NCBI GenBank assembly: GCA_001512965.1
Contig: LFRW01000043.1
Span: 23,287 to 87,286, forward strand
DNA length: 64,000 nt
Direction of reading: 5' to 3'
From: Methanomicrobia archaeon DTU008
GTDB lineage: Archaea > Thermoplasmatota > Thermoplasmata > Methanomassiliicoccales > Methanomassiliicoccaceae
A program made the position numbers and the translations under genes. The notes beneath the pieces were generated by a model, which worked only from the letters and a program-made list of their open reading frames with translations, did not search any database and was not told where the DNA came from. Shown piece after piece: positions 8,206-17,102 of the stretch (the stretch's first letter is position 1; each line of letters opens with the position of its first letter).

Positions 8206-8766
8206 ATGGTGAACCTAGCGGACATCATTTCACGGATCAAGGAGATGAGGGGAGTGGTGCACGCGTTCCCTTTAAATGTCGAATGCCGAGAGAAGATACT
8301 CGAGATAGAGAGCAACATAACCGCTGCTCTAGGCATCAAGGTGATCAACGAGGGCGTCATCGAGTGTCTGAAGAGGCAGTATATCATATGCATCATCAAG
8401 AGGGCTTCGTTCCGCCCACCACCTGAACCCACCGTGATGTTGATCTCCGACGACGGCGTGGTTCTAGGTGAGGAGGTCTTGCCTCACTTCAAGAAGGAGT
8501 TCCTTGCCAATGTCAAGGAAGATATCATATGGCTGTCTGAAGAGTTCGTCATGTACCCTGAGAGGAAGGGGCAACGGAAGGAATACTTCGTCATGCCTCC
8601 GGTGTCGTTCCCTGAGGTGGAGGAGTTCGGCATGCTTGATGTGGTATCATGTTCCCCCTCAGCCCCGGCGGACATGATGCTAAGGCAGATGCACGGTCAC
8701 GAGGACAATCCAAGACTTGCCTCGATCCTCGTAGGGTTCAACGCCCCTGATGGCGTCGAACTCTGA
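8206..8766 (+). CDS. conserved hypothetical protein, paralog of 213-788
   Basis: 186 aa, collinear with the left-edge paralog over the full length (see that entry). Convergent with the end of the mcr operon. Confidence 0.6.
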   Translation: MVNLADIISRIKEMRGVVHAFPLNVECREKILEIESNITAALGIKVINEGVIECLKRQYIICIIKRASFRPPPEPTVMLISDDGVVLGEEVLPHFKKEFLANVKEDIIWLSEEFVMYPERKGQRKEYFVMPPVSFPEVEEFGMLDVVSCSPSAPADMMLRQMHGHEDNPRLASILVGFNAPDGVEL

Positions 8767-8770
8767 AATC

Positions 8771-8800
8771 TTTCCCTCATTTTGATGTTTATTTTTTGAG
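8771..8800 (+). terminator. T-rich tract (tttccctcattttgatgtttattttttgag) after the 8206-8766 gene
   Basis: Oligo-T runs on the coding strand directly after the stop, the usual archaeal termination signal. Confidence 0.4.
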
Positions 8801-8909
8801 GACAGCGTTAGCTCTCCACTTGATCTATGAATGGAACATCGTGATGATCCGAGTCAACGAAGAAACGTAAAAAGGTGAAGGGAAGGGGTTTGGTTCGCTT
8901 GGGACTGCT

Positions 8910-9197
8910 TCATCCTCCGCCTGAAGGAGTTATCTGGGAGGCTTTCGCCTGGATGTCTTCTATCTGCTCGCGCAGACGGTTGACCTCCTCCAGTTGGTCC
9001 TCCAGGCTCCTGTCGCGTGTGGATTCCTTGCGGTACTCCTCCGGCTTGGCAGGAACAAGGGTCGAGACATCGTAGTAGAGGTTGGTGGTGTCCAGGAGTG
9101 CCCAGGTCCTTCCTTCCTCTTCCTTGATGTCCTCTATCTTTCCCACCGATCCGGTGTTGCGATACTTGGCAAGGTCTCCAACTTTCATCGCGATCAC
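8910..9197 (-). CDS. small conserved archaeal protein (resembles DUF2098), last gene of the mcr transcription unit
   Basis: N-terminal SH3/KOW-like [44 protein letters not shown], then a charged coiled tail. The GTG at 9197 overlaps the mcrA TGA (GTGA); an alternative ATG at 9188 lies 5 nt after the stop. Confidence 0.6.
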   Translation of the reverse strand: MIAMKVGDLAKYRNTGSVGKIEDIKEEEGRTWALLDTTNLYYDVSTLVPAKPEEYRKESTRDRSLEDQLEEVNRLREQIEDIQAKASQITPSGGG

Positions 9198-10858
9198 TTG
9201 GCGGGGATGATGATGGTCCTCTCACCCGCAGGCATGAACTCCCTGAGGGCGCCACGGCCGAACTCCTTCGTGATGTTCGCGAAGTCGAACGGCAGGCTCT
9301 TGTCGGCGAAGGCAACCTTGATGAGGGGGTTGCAGGCAAAGGCATCGCCGCGAGCTGCGTGAGGCGCCATCGCAATACCGGCGTAGCCGCTCATGTGACC
9401 GACGTTCATGGCGTAGTTCGGGTAGTTGGGTCCCCTCATCTCGAAGGCCAGACCCTCGTCGCTCCTGTAGGAGAACGAGTTCGCGGAACCGCACTGGTCC
9501 TGCAGGTCGAAGCCGTAGAAGCCGAGACGTCCGTGCCTCTCCTTGTGCTGGAGCATGGACAGGTACCAGCCGTTGACACCGAAGTCGGCGTTGCCGGTCG
9601 CCATCGCACATGCGATACCAGTGGCAGCAGCGGCTACGGTGGCACGCTGGGAACCGCCGAAGTGGGCTTCCATCGCGGCGGGGTACCTCTCGTACATCTC
9701 CAGAGCGTAGGAGTTGACCTCGGTACCGAGCTTCTCCATCAGGTCCATGGAGGGTTTGCTGTTGCACAGGCCGCCGTACTTGGTCTTGATCAGGTCAAGA
9801 GCCCAGTAGACGTAGTCCTCCAGGATGTCGTCGGTGTAGGCCGCAGTAGCGTACTGGGTGAATCCGACACCGCCGGACATGTAGGAACCAAGGTAGATCT
9901 GGTCGTAGATGACGGCACCGAGAGCGACGGTCTCGAGCGCAGCCCTGGCGGGGTCGTCAGGGTAGACGCGGGTGGACTGGACCATGTCGGCCAGGAACCC
10001 GAAGGGAATTCCACCGGGCTCGTTGGGGCCACGGGCCCTGCGGGCCGGCATCATGGTACCCATGTTCACGACCGAGGCGTGCTTGGCAGCGTAGGCGAAG
10101 TCCGCGATGGCGGCCTCACCGGCAGCGAGCCTGTAGGCGCTGATGAAGGACATCGAGATCTGCATGGCAGACCAGCGGGAGATGGTACCTCCGTCGCAGA
10201 CGCGGCCGACAAGGGTCGGGGCGCGGACGACCTGGTACACGGACTTGCCGATGGCGTCCTTCAGCTGCTTGGCCTGGTCCTTGGGGAACTCCTTGTTGAT
10301 GTCGATCACGAAGCGCTTGTCGATCTGGCTGATGAGCTCGTCGTCACCGCTGAAGACCTTCACATAGCAGTCCTCGGCCAGAGCGGGGCTGACCTCAGCC
10401 ATGTGCTCCTGGACGACCGCACCGCCGGGCATGGCATGGTTGACGGTCTCGAGGTACAGGTTGATGGTCTCAGGGGTAACTTCCTTGCCCAGTCTCTTCT
10501 CGATGACGCTGTGAGCGGTGTCGAGACCCACGATGACGGTCCTGCGGATGTCATCCCACGCCTGCTGCATGGCGGCGTTGTTCATGAAGTGCAGGTCGTC
10601 AGCCTCGGCGTAGATGTCGGTGTGGGACAGCCTGTAGGGCATGAGGACACGCTGGCCAAGGGGAACGCCAATGTCCTGGTTCATCATCGGGATGCCACGC
10701 TTCTTGGCGATCTGGTTGGCCTGCTCTACCCACTCCCTCTTCCTCTTGGACTGCTTCCAGCCACCAAATGTGTAGTAGTGAGTGTTGACCTCGGTCGGGT
10801 CCTCTTCGAACTTCTTCTTCATCGCTTCGATGAAGAGCTTCTCCTTAGACTTAGCCAT
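9194..10858 (-). CDS. mcrA: methyl-coenzyme M reductase alpha subunit
   Basis: 554 aa with the canonical blocks [50 protein letters not shown] and [16 protein letters not shown]. The residues that are modified in characterised MCRs are present: H260, R274, Q404, G449, D454, C456. Confidence 0.97.
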   Translation of the reverse strand: MAKSKEKLFIEAMKKKFEEDPTEVNTHYYTFGGWKQSKRKREWVEQANQIAKKRGIPMMNQDIGVPLGQRVLMPYRLSHTDIYAEADDLHFMNNAAMQQAWDDIRRTVIVGLDTAHSVIEKRLGKEVTPETINLYLETVNHAMPGGAVVQEHMAEVSPALAEDCYVKVFSGDDELISQIDKRFVIDINKEFPKDQAKQLKDAIGKSVYQVVRAPTLVGRVCDGGTISRWSAMQISMSFISAYRLAAGEAAIADFAYAAKHASVVNMGTMMPARRARGPNEPGGIPFGFLADMVQSTRVYPDDPARAALETVALGAVIYDQIYLGSYMSGGVGFTQYATAAYTDDILEDYVYWALDLIKTKYGGLCNSKPSMDLMEKLGTEVNSYALEMYERYPAAMEAHFGGSQRATVAAAATGIACAMATGNADFGVNGWYLSMLQHKERHGRLGFYGFDLQDQCGSANSFSYRSDEGLAFEMRGPNYPNYAMNVGHMSGYAGIAMAPHAARGDAFACNPLIKVAFADKSLPFDFANITKEFGRGALREFMPAGERTIIIPAK

Positions 10859-10862
10859 TTAT

Positions 10863-11636
10863 TTACTCCCCCTTCAGAGCGTAGGCCTGGTAACCGCAAA
10901 GGGTCCTCAGCCTGTGGATCCTCAGGTTGATGGCCATGACCTCGGGGTCGTCCCTCATGTCCACGCCATCGGCCCTGAAGATGGTGGTCATATTCTTCAG
11001 GTCAGCTTCGGGCAGGGGCTTGCCAACGGAGATGGGCTTGTCCAATGGTAGAGCCACCTGGTCCTTGACGTACTCTACCTCTCCGGTCTTGGCGTTCCAG
11101 CGGTACCTCTGCCAGGCATCGAACATCAGACCGTTCTCGTCAAGCCTGCAAGCGTGGCCGTGCACAGTGGCGCCACGGATACCGGTCTTGGCGGGGTCGA
11201 ACGTCTCGTTGTCGATGAGTTCCTTGGAGACCTTCTCGAGGTCACGCTCCCTCATCTCAATGATCTGCCTTCCAGAAAGAGTACCAGTGTCGAAGCCGCG
11301 AATGCGGGTCATGTACATCCAGGCCCTCAGGTATGGAACCATCGGGGCGAAGTACACCGAGTCGGTGAACTGGACGTACCTGATCCTGTCTCCAGCCTTG
11401 GCACCCTCGATGGGGGTGACAAGTTGCCTGATCAGGTCTTCGGGCTCGCTCCCCTCAGCGAGTGGGGGGTGGATGCTCTTGTAATCTTCTCCAGGAGCCC
11501 TGTGTCCAAGGATCCTGATGACGTCGTCCATGGCCACATCGCGAAGCTTCTTCAGCTTCTCGGAGGGGTCCATGTAGCGGCGCCTGTTCTTGGCCACCTG
11601 GCTCTCACCGGGATAGAACTGTCTCTTGTATGCCAT
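10863..11636 (-). CDS. mcrG: methyl-coenzyme M reductase gamma subunit
   Basis: 257 aa: [10 protein letters not shown]..., [46 protein letters not shown]. Confidence 0.95.
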   Translation of the reverse strand: MAYKRQFYPGESQVAKNRRRYMDPSEKLKKLRDVAMDDVIRILGHRAPGEDYKSIHPPLAEGSEPEDLIRQLVTPIEGAKAGDRIRYVQFTDSVYFAPMVPYLRAWMYMTRIRGFDTGTLSGRQIIEMRERDLEKVSKELIDNETFDPAKTGIRGATVHGHACRLDENGLMFDAWQRYRWNAKTGEVEYVKDQVALPLDKPISVGKPLPEADLKNMTTIFRADGVDMRDDPEVMAINLRIHRLRTLCGYQAYALKGE

Positions 11637-11637
11637 G

Positions 11638-12063
11638 TTAACACCTTTTACCCTTTTTGTAATCGGTCACTGTCGGCCTGTATTTCGAGTACCGCCCCAC
11701 TTCCAGGTTGAATCCAAAGGTCAGGATCTCCTGGCAAACCTTCTCGATCTCGTCTAGTGCACCCTGCAGATGATCGATGTCGTCTATCTCGACGAACACC
11801 CTTCCCACCTGGAGCTGCAGTTCGACTTCCTTTCCCTTGACCTTGATCACCCGGCGTTCGGAGTGGTCCACGGGTAACCCGATGTGAGGACCATAGGTGA
11901 CCTTCGTCGGGAGGGATTCGCCAGATAGATTGATCTGACGGACATGCGGAACCTCATAGAGCCTGTTAAGGAGCTTTTCCGTGGTTTCCGCGGAAAGGAG
12001 ACGGTGTGGGAATATGAGAACCTCGGGGAGAGGTATCGATTCAGCGTCAGTACTCGTCATCAA
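11638..12063 (-). CDS. mcrD: methyl-coenzyme M reductase operon protein D
   Basis: 141 aa: [43 protein letters not shown]. Sits between mcrB and mcrG. Confidence 0.88.
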   Translation of the reverse strand: MMTSTDAESIPLPEVLIFPHRLLSAETTEKLLNRLYEVPHVRQINLSGESLPTKVTYGPHIGLPVDHSERRVIKVKGKEVELQLQVGRVFVEIDDIDHLQGALDEIEKVCQEILTFGFNLEVGRYSKYRPTVTDYKKGKRC

Positions 12064-12077
12064 GCCACCGTAACCGC

Positions 12078-13397
12078 TTACTTCAGCTTCTTGGCCTCCT
12101 TCCCGACAGCCTTCAACGGGGCCTTGAACTCAGGGATGTCACCATAGACGTCCTTGATCAGGGTCGAAGTGGCCTCAGGAGAGAAGTACTGGGTTCCGGC
12201 ATCGAGGCTGCAAGCAGCGGCGATACATGGGATCACGAAGCCCTTGCTGTGCCTGGTAACGACGTGGTTGCCGTGGAACAGACCGGGACCGCCACCACCA
12301 TAGATGGAGTGCGAGAAGAAGGACATACCGACGGAAACACCCATCGCACGCCCAAAGTCAACGCTGGGAAGTCCAGTCTCGTGCTCGAGCAGGTCGTTGT
12401 AGTACAGAATGGTCGCAGGTACAGCCTGAGATGCCCTAGCAGCACCGATGTTCACCATGACAGCGGCTAGCATACCAGTGGCCGCGTAGGCGTTCCACAG
12501 GGGGAAGTCGTTGGTGGTGTACACCTTGTACCCAGAGGGCAGCTTCTCCTTCACCTTGATGACCTTGTCCTCGATAGCGCGGCCGACGATGGCGCCGACG
12601 ACATCGCCGACGGTACCGTTCTTGCCGCATTCCTTCACAAGGTCAACGGTCAGGTTGTTCGCGTTCAGGCCCTGGTAAGCCAAGCCCAAGAGGTGGTACC
12701 TCTCGAAGGGACCGATAGCGTCACCGAGCTCGAACATGGCGGTCTGCTCGAAGATCGAAGAGATCGCCGCAGCATTCAGAGAGTTCTTGCTGGCAAGAGC
12801 AACCACGTGGTTGGCCATGATGTTCCTGAGAGCGTAGCCAGCACCCTCGTTGTTCTGGGGAACCTCGAGGATGGACTTGACGTTGGAGCCCAGGAAGTTG
12901 ATGGTCTGGGGGTATCTGCCCCACACGGCGGTCTTAACCATGTTCGCGTGGAACATGTCAATTCCGAACTCATCGATGATGGCCTGCGTGACCGCTGCAG
13001 CGGCTGCAGTGAAACCGGTCGTGTACTCGACACCGGTCTCTACCCTGCGGGTCGGAACCTGGACAACCAGCCTCTTTCCGCCAAGGATGGGGTGCACATC
13101 GGTGTCGTCGTCCTTGTCGACCTTGAGGATGTCCTTGACCCTCTTGGCGATCTTGTCAGCGTTGGCCACTACCTCTACGTCGATCTCCTTGCCCTTGATG
13201 TATCCGCCGGCGACACGTCCGGTCTTGAGACCCTTCTCAATTCCGGCAAGGTCTACCGCGATGGTCCTCTTGGCAAGAGATACGATTCTCTGGATCGCAG
13301 GGTTGTACAGAGGGTTGATCGCATCGAGGGGCACATCCTTCTCGATGAGTTTGCCCTTGTCGTCATACAAGTCTATTTTGTCCTTGTATTTCGCCAA
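12078..13397 (-). CDS. mcrB: methyl-coenzyme M reductase beta subunit (TTG start)
   Basis: The track ORF opens at 13427. The family N-terminus (M)[14 protein letters not shown] begins at the TTG at 13397, exactly 6 nt after GGAGGT (13404-13409). The remainder is typical McrB ([22 protein letters not shown]). Confidence 0.93.
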   Translation of the reverse strand: MAKYKDKIDLYDDKGKLIEKDVPLDAINPLYNPAIQRIVSLAKRTIAVDLAGIEKGLKTGRVAGGYIKGKEIDVEVVANADKIAKRVKDILKVDKDDDTDVHPILGGKRLVVQVPTRRVETGVEYTTGFTAAAAAVTQAIIDEFGIDMFHANMVKTAVWGRYPQTINFLGSNVKSILEVPQNNEGAGYALRNIMANHVVALASKNSLNAAAISSIFEQTAMFELGDAIGPFERYHLLGLAYQGLNANNLTVDLVKECGKNGTVGDVVGAIVGRAIEDKVIKVKEKLPSGYKVYTTNDFPLWNAYAATGMLAAVMVNIGAARASQAVPATILYYNDLLEHETGLPSVDFGRAMGVSVGMSFFSHSIYGGGGPGLFHGNHVVTRHSKGFVIPCIAAACSLDAGTQYFSPEATSTLIKDVYGDIPEFKAPLKAVGKEAKKLK

Positions 13398-13460
13398 ATT
13401 TCTACCTCCTTTTTCATCTTCCTTCAATCGCCCGGAGTTCCCCCCGCGCGATTAAGACGT

Positions 13461-13480
13461 TTATAGATTATATAGATTAT
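13461..13480 (-). promoter_or_regulatory. candidate mcr promoter: tandem TATAGATTA x2 (minus strand ATAATCTATATAATCTATAA)
   Basis: AT-rich TATA-like element 64-83 nt upstream of the mcrB TTG. It would give a leader of about 45 nt containing the SD. Confidence 0.45.
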
Positions 13481-13566
13481 CATCAGGTCGGTTTTTTTCC
13501 TCACTGATGAAAATCGAATCCCCTTGCGTTGGCTTGTAAGTATAGAGATGCATATAAGACTAGTGA

Positions 13567-13585
13567 TGGATGGATTAACCATCCA
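13567..13585. promoter_or_regulatory. perfect 19-nt palindrome TGGATGG-ATTAA-CCATCCA upstream of the mcr operon
   Basis: Read directly. About 170 nt upstream of the mcrB start and about 70 nt downstream of the tfuA stop. On the minus strand it is preceded by TTTATCTT. Same half-sites and spacing as 6174-6190. Confidence 0.6.
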
Positions 13586-13655
13586 AGATAAACAATCGTG
13601 ATTTTTTGAAGGGAGCCAGTCATTTTTTGAAAAACTTAACGGCAGTTAATTTTTC

Positions 13656-14288
13656 TCAATTTTTTTGAGCCGATTTAACAGCTTTAATGACAGAAATAGC
13701 GTCGATTCGTTTAAAATTTCGATTCTTAGATTTAATATAGGATTCGAATTTTTTCATCGTTGTCTGTTGCAAAACTTTTCTAGATATGGCCAATAGCATT
13801 TCATAGGATCTCTTGGGGTAAAACGTTGATTTCAGTTGCTCAATAATAATCATTGCATCTGATTCTGATATGACTCTATCTTTGACCGCCTCCTCCACAT
13901 TGAGCCGCAGGTTGACCAACGGCTCTGAGAGGGCGGCAAGGGTGAACGGATCGAACATTAGCACCACCTCATCGTCGCCCTCGATGCGCCCAGAGGAATA
14001 TTCCTCGTAGATCCGTCCCACTCCTATCATGCCAAGGCTGTCCAGCTCGGCCGCGCGGAGCGCTCCCATCGAACCGCCGCCGATGACCCTTGTACCTCGC
14101 TGCATCAGCTGAAGTATCTCCCTATGGCCGACCGCGGCATCGCTGAGCAGTACGCCATCTATTATCCCTACCACCTCCACTCCTTCGGGGAGTTCTAGAA
14201 GATCCCCTCGCTTCACCGGAGGGCGGTAGTCCGCATCGAGGATACGCCTAGCCTCCTCATGAGGGAGGCTGGGGCCAAGGAAGATCAC
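13656..14288 (-). CDS. tfuA: TfuA-like protein (YcaO partner for McrA thioamidation)
   Basis: 210 aa: MIFLGPSLP, PPVKRGDL, GIIDGV, VIGGGSMGALRAAEL, GVGRIYE. Sits directly downstream of ycaO. Confidence 0.85.
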   Translation of the reverse strand: MIFLGPSLPHEEARRILDADYRPPVKRGDLLELPEGVEVVGIIDGVLLSDAAVGHREILQLMQRGTRVIGGGSMGALRAAELDSLGMIGVGRIYEEYSSGRIEGDDEVVLMFDPFTLAALSEPLVNLRLNVEEAVKDRVISESDAMIIIEQLKSTFYPKRSYEMLLAISRKVLQQTTMKKFESYIKSKNRNFKRIDAISVIKAVKSAQKN

Positions 14289-14293
14289 CGGCT

Positions 14294-15496
14294 TCAGCGG
14301 AAACCACCCATCAGGCGTGCGCCGACGCGATCCTCGTCGATGGCGAATACTTCCATCCCAGGCACGATCACGCGAACCACTGGAATGCCCAGCTCCTTCC
14401 GGGTGAGGTCCACGACCACGGTGCGGTTCATTCCCTGCGCATTGATCTTGGCTCTGACTATCTGCAGGTCATCGAAGATATCGTCCGTCCCCATGCGGGG
14501 GAGATCGTCAAGGGAGCGCTTGTTTCCCGAGGGGGTGAGCCACATCTTGTTTATCCTCTTCATTCGCTCATAGCCCAACTTCCGGTTGCCTATCGCATAC
14601 ACGGCATCCTCCCTTGCACCATGGATCTGCGTGAGACGGCTCTGGGCCACCTCCAGCAACGCCTTGGTGGCGGCCACCTCGGGATCGAGATGGGTGCCGA
14701 TGCCCAGGTTCAGAAGTGCGGGGTCCTGCATTATGGTGTCATCGACGGCTGCGGCGATGGTCGGGATCCCTATCTCGGTCGTCAGGTCCTTGAGGTGCAC
14801 ATCGATGCCATTGCTCGTGAATCGCTCGACCAGTTCCTTCACCGGCCCGGACGACGGCACCTCTATGTCGCCGGTTATCCTGCGCCTTCCCTCCGCGAAG
14901 GACCAATCATTGCGCTCCACCACCTCATATAGGCCGTGCAACACCGCCTCCTCCACATTGTTGCCGCTGGCCAGACCGTTCGTCGACGTTCTGAAGAGAG
15001 GGAAATCCATCTTGGACACATATGGATGGAACACAGCACTGGCCGGCACCCAGGTCTCCTCATTGCCGTTCAGCTCCCATCCCTTCACCCATGCCACGGA
15101 CTGGCGCATGACGTAGAACGCCGCATGCTGCGAGAGGATCAGGTCCATCGGGTGAACGGCGACGTGGGAGGCCATGAACTCCTCGACGCCCTGCCTGATG
15201 ATGAAGTCGTCCCGGACCTCCGCGCTATACCTCTCCAGGGCCTCCATGATGGCGGAGACCTTCGCCTCCTCCTTGGTCAGCCCCTTCCCATTGTACACCG
15301 AGATGGCGCCGCTCTTGGCGGTAGGGCGGATGGCCGAGAAGACCGGAATTCCCACACGGTCGAGATCCGTGATGTCCGCAACCCTGGTCACACCCGCAAC
15401 GCCCATCAGGGGCTCAATCCTGGCAAGGGTCTCGGCAGGCTCGACCGATCGATGCCCGTCAGAGGTGAATTTCTTGGGAGTGCTTCCGAGCTTCAT
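14294..15496 (-). CDS. ycaO: YcaO-family ATP-dependent cyclodehydratase/thioamidase
   Basis: YcaO blocks: GIPVFSAIRP, SVYNGKGLTKEEAKVSAIMEALERYS, TNGLASGNNVEEAVLHGLYEVVERN. Homology starts at MKLGSTPKK (ATG 15496). The 100-codon track extension to 15799 is S/R-rich and overlaps the divergent gene. Confidence 0.88.
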   Translation of the reverse strand: MKLGSTPKKFTSDGHRSVEPAETLARIEPLMGVAGVTRVADITDLDRVGIPVFSAIRPTAKSGAISVYNGKGLTKEEAKVSAIMEALERYSAEVRDDFIIRQGVEEFMASHVAVHPMDLILSQHAAFYVMRQSVAWVKGWELNGNEETWVPASAVFHPYVSKMDFPLFRTSTNGLASGNNVEEAVLHGLYEVVERNDWSFAEGRRRITGDIEVPSSGPVKELVERFTSNGIDVHLKDLTTEIGIPTIAAAVDDTIMQDPALLNLGIGTHLDPEVAATKALLEVAQSRLTQIHGAREDAVYAIGNRKLGYERMKRINKMWLTPSGNKRSLDDLPRMGTDDIFDDLQIVRAKINAQGMNRTVVVDLTRKELGIPVVRVIVPGMEVFAIDEDRVGARLMGGFR

Positions 15497-15557
15497 GCCC
15501 TCGCCATAATCTCCTCCCCTATTAAATCTCACGAAGCGGACATATACCTGGGATACA

Positions 15558-16409
15558 TTGACGGGACGGTTTTCGCTGATGAGAACAAGTGAGATCATGG
15601 GCATGAGCGCCAGGTTCATCGAACCGTCCTTCGATGCGCTGGTCGACGAGTCGTTCACCGGGATAATCCTCACCCTGCCCGCCCAGGAGGCTCGATTGGT
15701 CGTAGACGAGGAAGACTGGCCCCTTGCGTTGGCGGTGCGCGACGGCGAGGCGTGGAATGCCGCTTCGTTCCTGCTTCGCCCCCCGATCATCGAGGTCATC
15801 GAGAGGTTCGAAGAACTGGGGGGAGATGTCGTTCATACCACCCAGGACGAGTTCATGCTGGCAATGCGGGAGTACTACTCGCTCCATATCCTCAACAATA
15901 CACTGATGGCCATGGAGGACCTGTCCCCGGACCGTACAGCCAAGGTCGAGGAGCTCATAGCTTCGGTATGGAAGGGCCGACGAGGAGAGGAGTGCATGGA
16001 CTGCGGGTGCGGCTCGGGCATGGGGTCCCTCGCCCTCAGGAACCAAGGCATCATCCCTCTGGCCTTCGACAATGACGCTGGCCTCATTGCTCGCGGCCTG
16101 CACGAGGGTCGCCTGATCCCCGAAAGGACCATGTGCATCGATGCCACCTTGCTATCCCATTATGCTAGACAGGTGCCTCTTGGGCTCGCTCTGATGGCTG
16201 GTTCCATAATCGATCAGACCGCCATGATGTGGAGAGCCATCCTGGAAGAGCTGTTCTCCATGACCAGGGAGACGTTGATAACCGTGGAGACGGAGAAGGA
16301 GGCGAACATGGTTCGGACGTGGGCCCTGGAAAATGAGAAGAACGTGGAGATGTTCGAGAACGAGCGTGACCCCTTCTACGATCGCTGGGTTTGCCTGGTG
16401 AAGGATTGA
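15558..16409 (+). CDS. class I SAM-dependent methyltransferase with unrecognised N-terminal domain
   Basis: Motif I ECMDCGCGSGMGSLAL, acidic post-I residue in PLAFDNDAGLI, and later strands CIDATLL and GLALMAGSI. About 130 aa of N-terminal sequence has no motif I recognise. Start may be 15597 or 15603. Divergent from ycaO across about 60 bp. Confidence 0.65.
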   Translation: MTGRFSLMRTSEIMGMSARFIEPSFDALVDESFTGIILTLPAQEARLVVDEEDWPLALAVRDGEAWNAASFLLRPPIIEVIERFEELGGDVVHTTQDEFMLAMREYYSLHILNNTLMAMEDLSPDRTAKVEELIASVWKGRRGEECMDCGCGSGMGSLALRNQGIIPLAFDNDAGLIARGLHEGRLIPERTMCIDATLLSHYARQVPLGLALMAGSIIDQTAMMWRAILEELFSMTRETLITVETEKEANMVRTWALENEKNVEMFENERDPFYDRWVCLVKD

Positions 16410-16883
16410 TCAGCGCAGGTTCCCCATCTTCTTCTGGTAGAGGTCCAGTTCAGCGTTGGGGTTGATAGTCACGCTGTCTATGATGATGTCGACCTCGACA
16501 TTGTTGATGTTAGGTATCTTGAGTATGTGCGTCTGAATCAGTTCATAGAGGGAATCGACGCTAGTGGTGTAGATGTTCAAGACCAGGCTGTGGTCGCCGA
16601 ACGTCCTCATCACCGACTCCACTTCTGGATACTTCTTCAGCTCCTCCACCACATTGTTGACGGCGGTGCCAGTGACCTGCAGGCCGACCAGTGCCTTCAT
16701 CAACCCAAGCTTGGCCGGGTTGGTCTCCATAGAATAGCCAGAGATTATTCCTTCCTCCTCCATCTTGGAGAGTCGGCGAGATACCGTTGCCTTTGATATG
16801 TTAAGCTCCTCAGATATTTTGCCGAGACTGTCCCGGGAATTTTCCCGTAGGCATTTCAAGATAGAGATGTCGGTTGGGTCCAT
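16410..16883 (-). CDS. Lrp/AsnC family transcriptional regulator
   Basis: 157 aa: the HTH is DISILKCLRENSRDSLGKISEELNISKATVSRRLSKMEEEGII, followed by a RAM/ACT-like C-terminal domain. Confidence 0.85.
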   Translation of the reverse strand: MDPTDISILKCLRENSRDSLGKISEELNISKATVSRRLSKMEEEGIISGYSMETNPAKLGLMKALVGLQVTGTAVNNVVEELKKYPEVESVMRTFGDHSLVLNIYTTSVDSLYELIQTHILKIPNINNVEVDIIIDSVTINPNAELDLYQKKMGNLR

Positions 16884-17102
16884 TCGTCACCTTTGCAACA
16901 TTGTTCCATTTCCAGCAGATTGTCGGCTCATAATTGGGACAATGTTTCAGAGAAATACCATTTTATGTATTAATCGTTGTCGAATTTTGGTATTGTGGGA
17001 ACGTTGGGATCGATGAAGGGCATCGAAGGAATGGATGCGGGGGCGCATAGGACGGAATAGAAATAAAATAGAATGGATAAAGGGGGTTTATGAGAGTCCA
17101 GC

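Noticed and set aside
8841-8921. C/D-box sRNA-like elements (GTGATGA ... CTGA)
   Set aside because: No internal D-prime/C-prime boxes and no terminal stem, and the D-like box falls inside the coding end of the small mcr-linked gene. This is probably chance.
9359-10930. 523-aa plus-strand ORF
   Set aside because: It is exactly antisense to mcrA. The composition is G/V/H/D/L-rich and repetitive, typical of a shadow ORF in GC-rich DNA. The opposite strand encodes an unmistakable McrA.
13085-13101. Extra copies of the palindrome motif inside coding regions (GGATGG-GGTGC-ACATCG in mcrB; GGATG-N7-CATCC at 44284-44300)
   Set aside because: They have two mismatches or the wrong spacing, and lie within ORFs. 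They are not counted as sites.
15497-15799. N-terminal extensions offered by the ORF track (ycaO to 15799; also argF to 26590, epimerase to 52209, rtcB from 29086, mcrB to 13427, arsR to 58855)
   Set aside because: In each case family homology starts at an internal start codon. The extension is compositionally odd and runs into a promoter, a tRNA promoter or a divergent gene.
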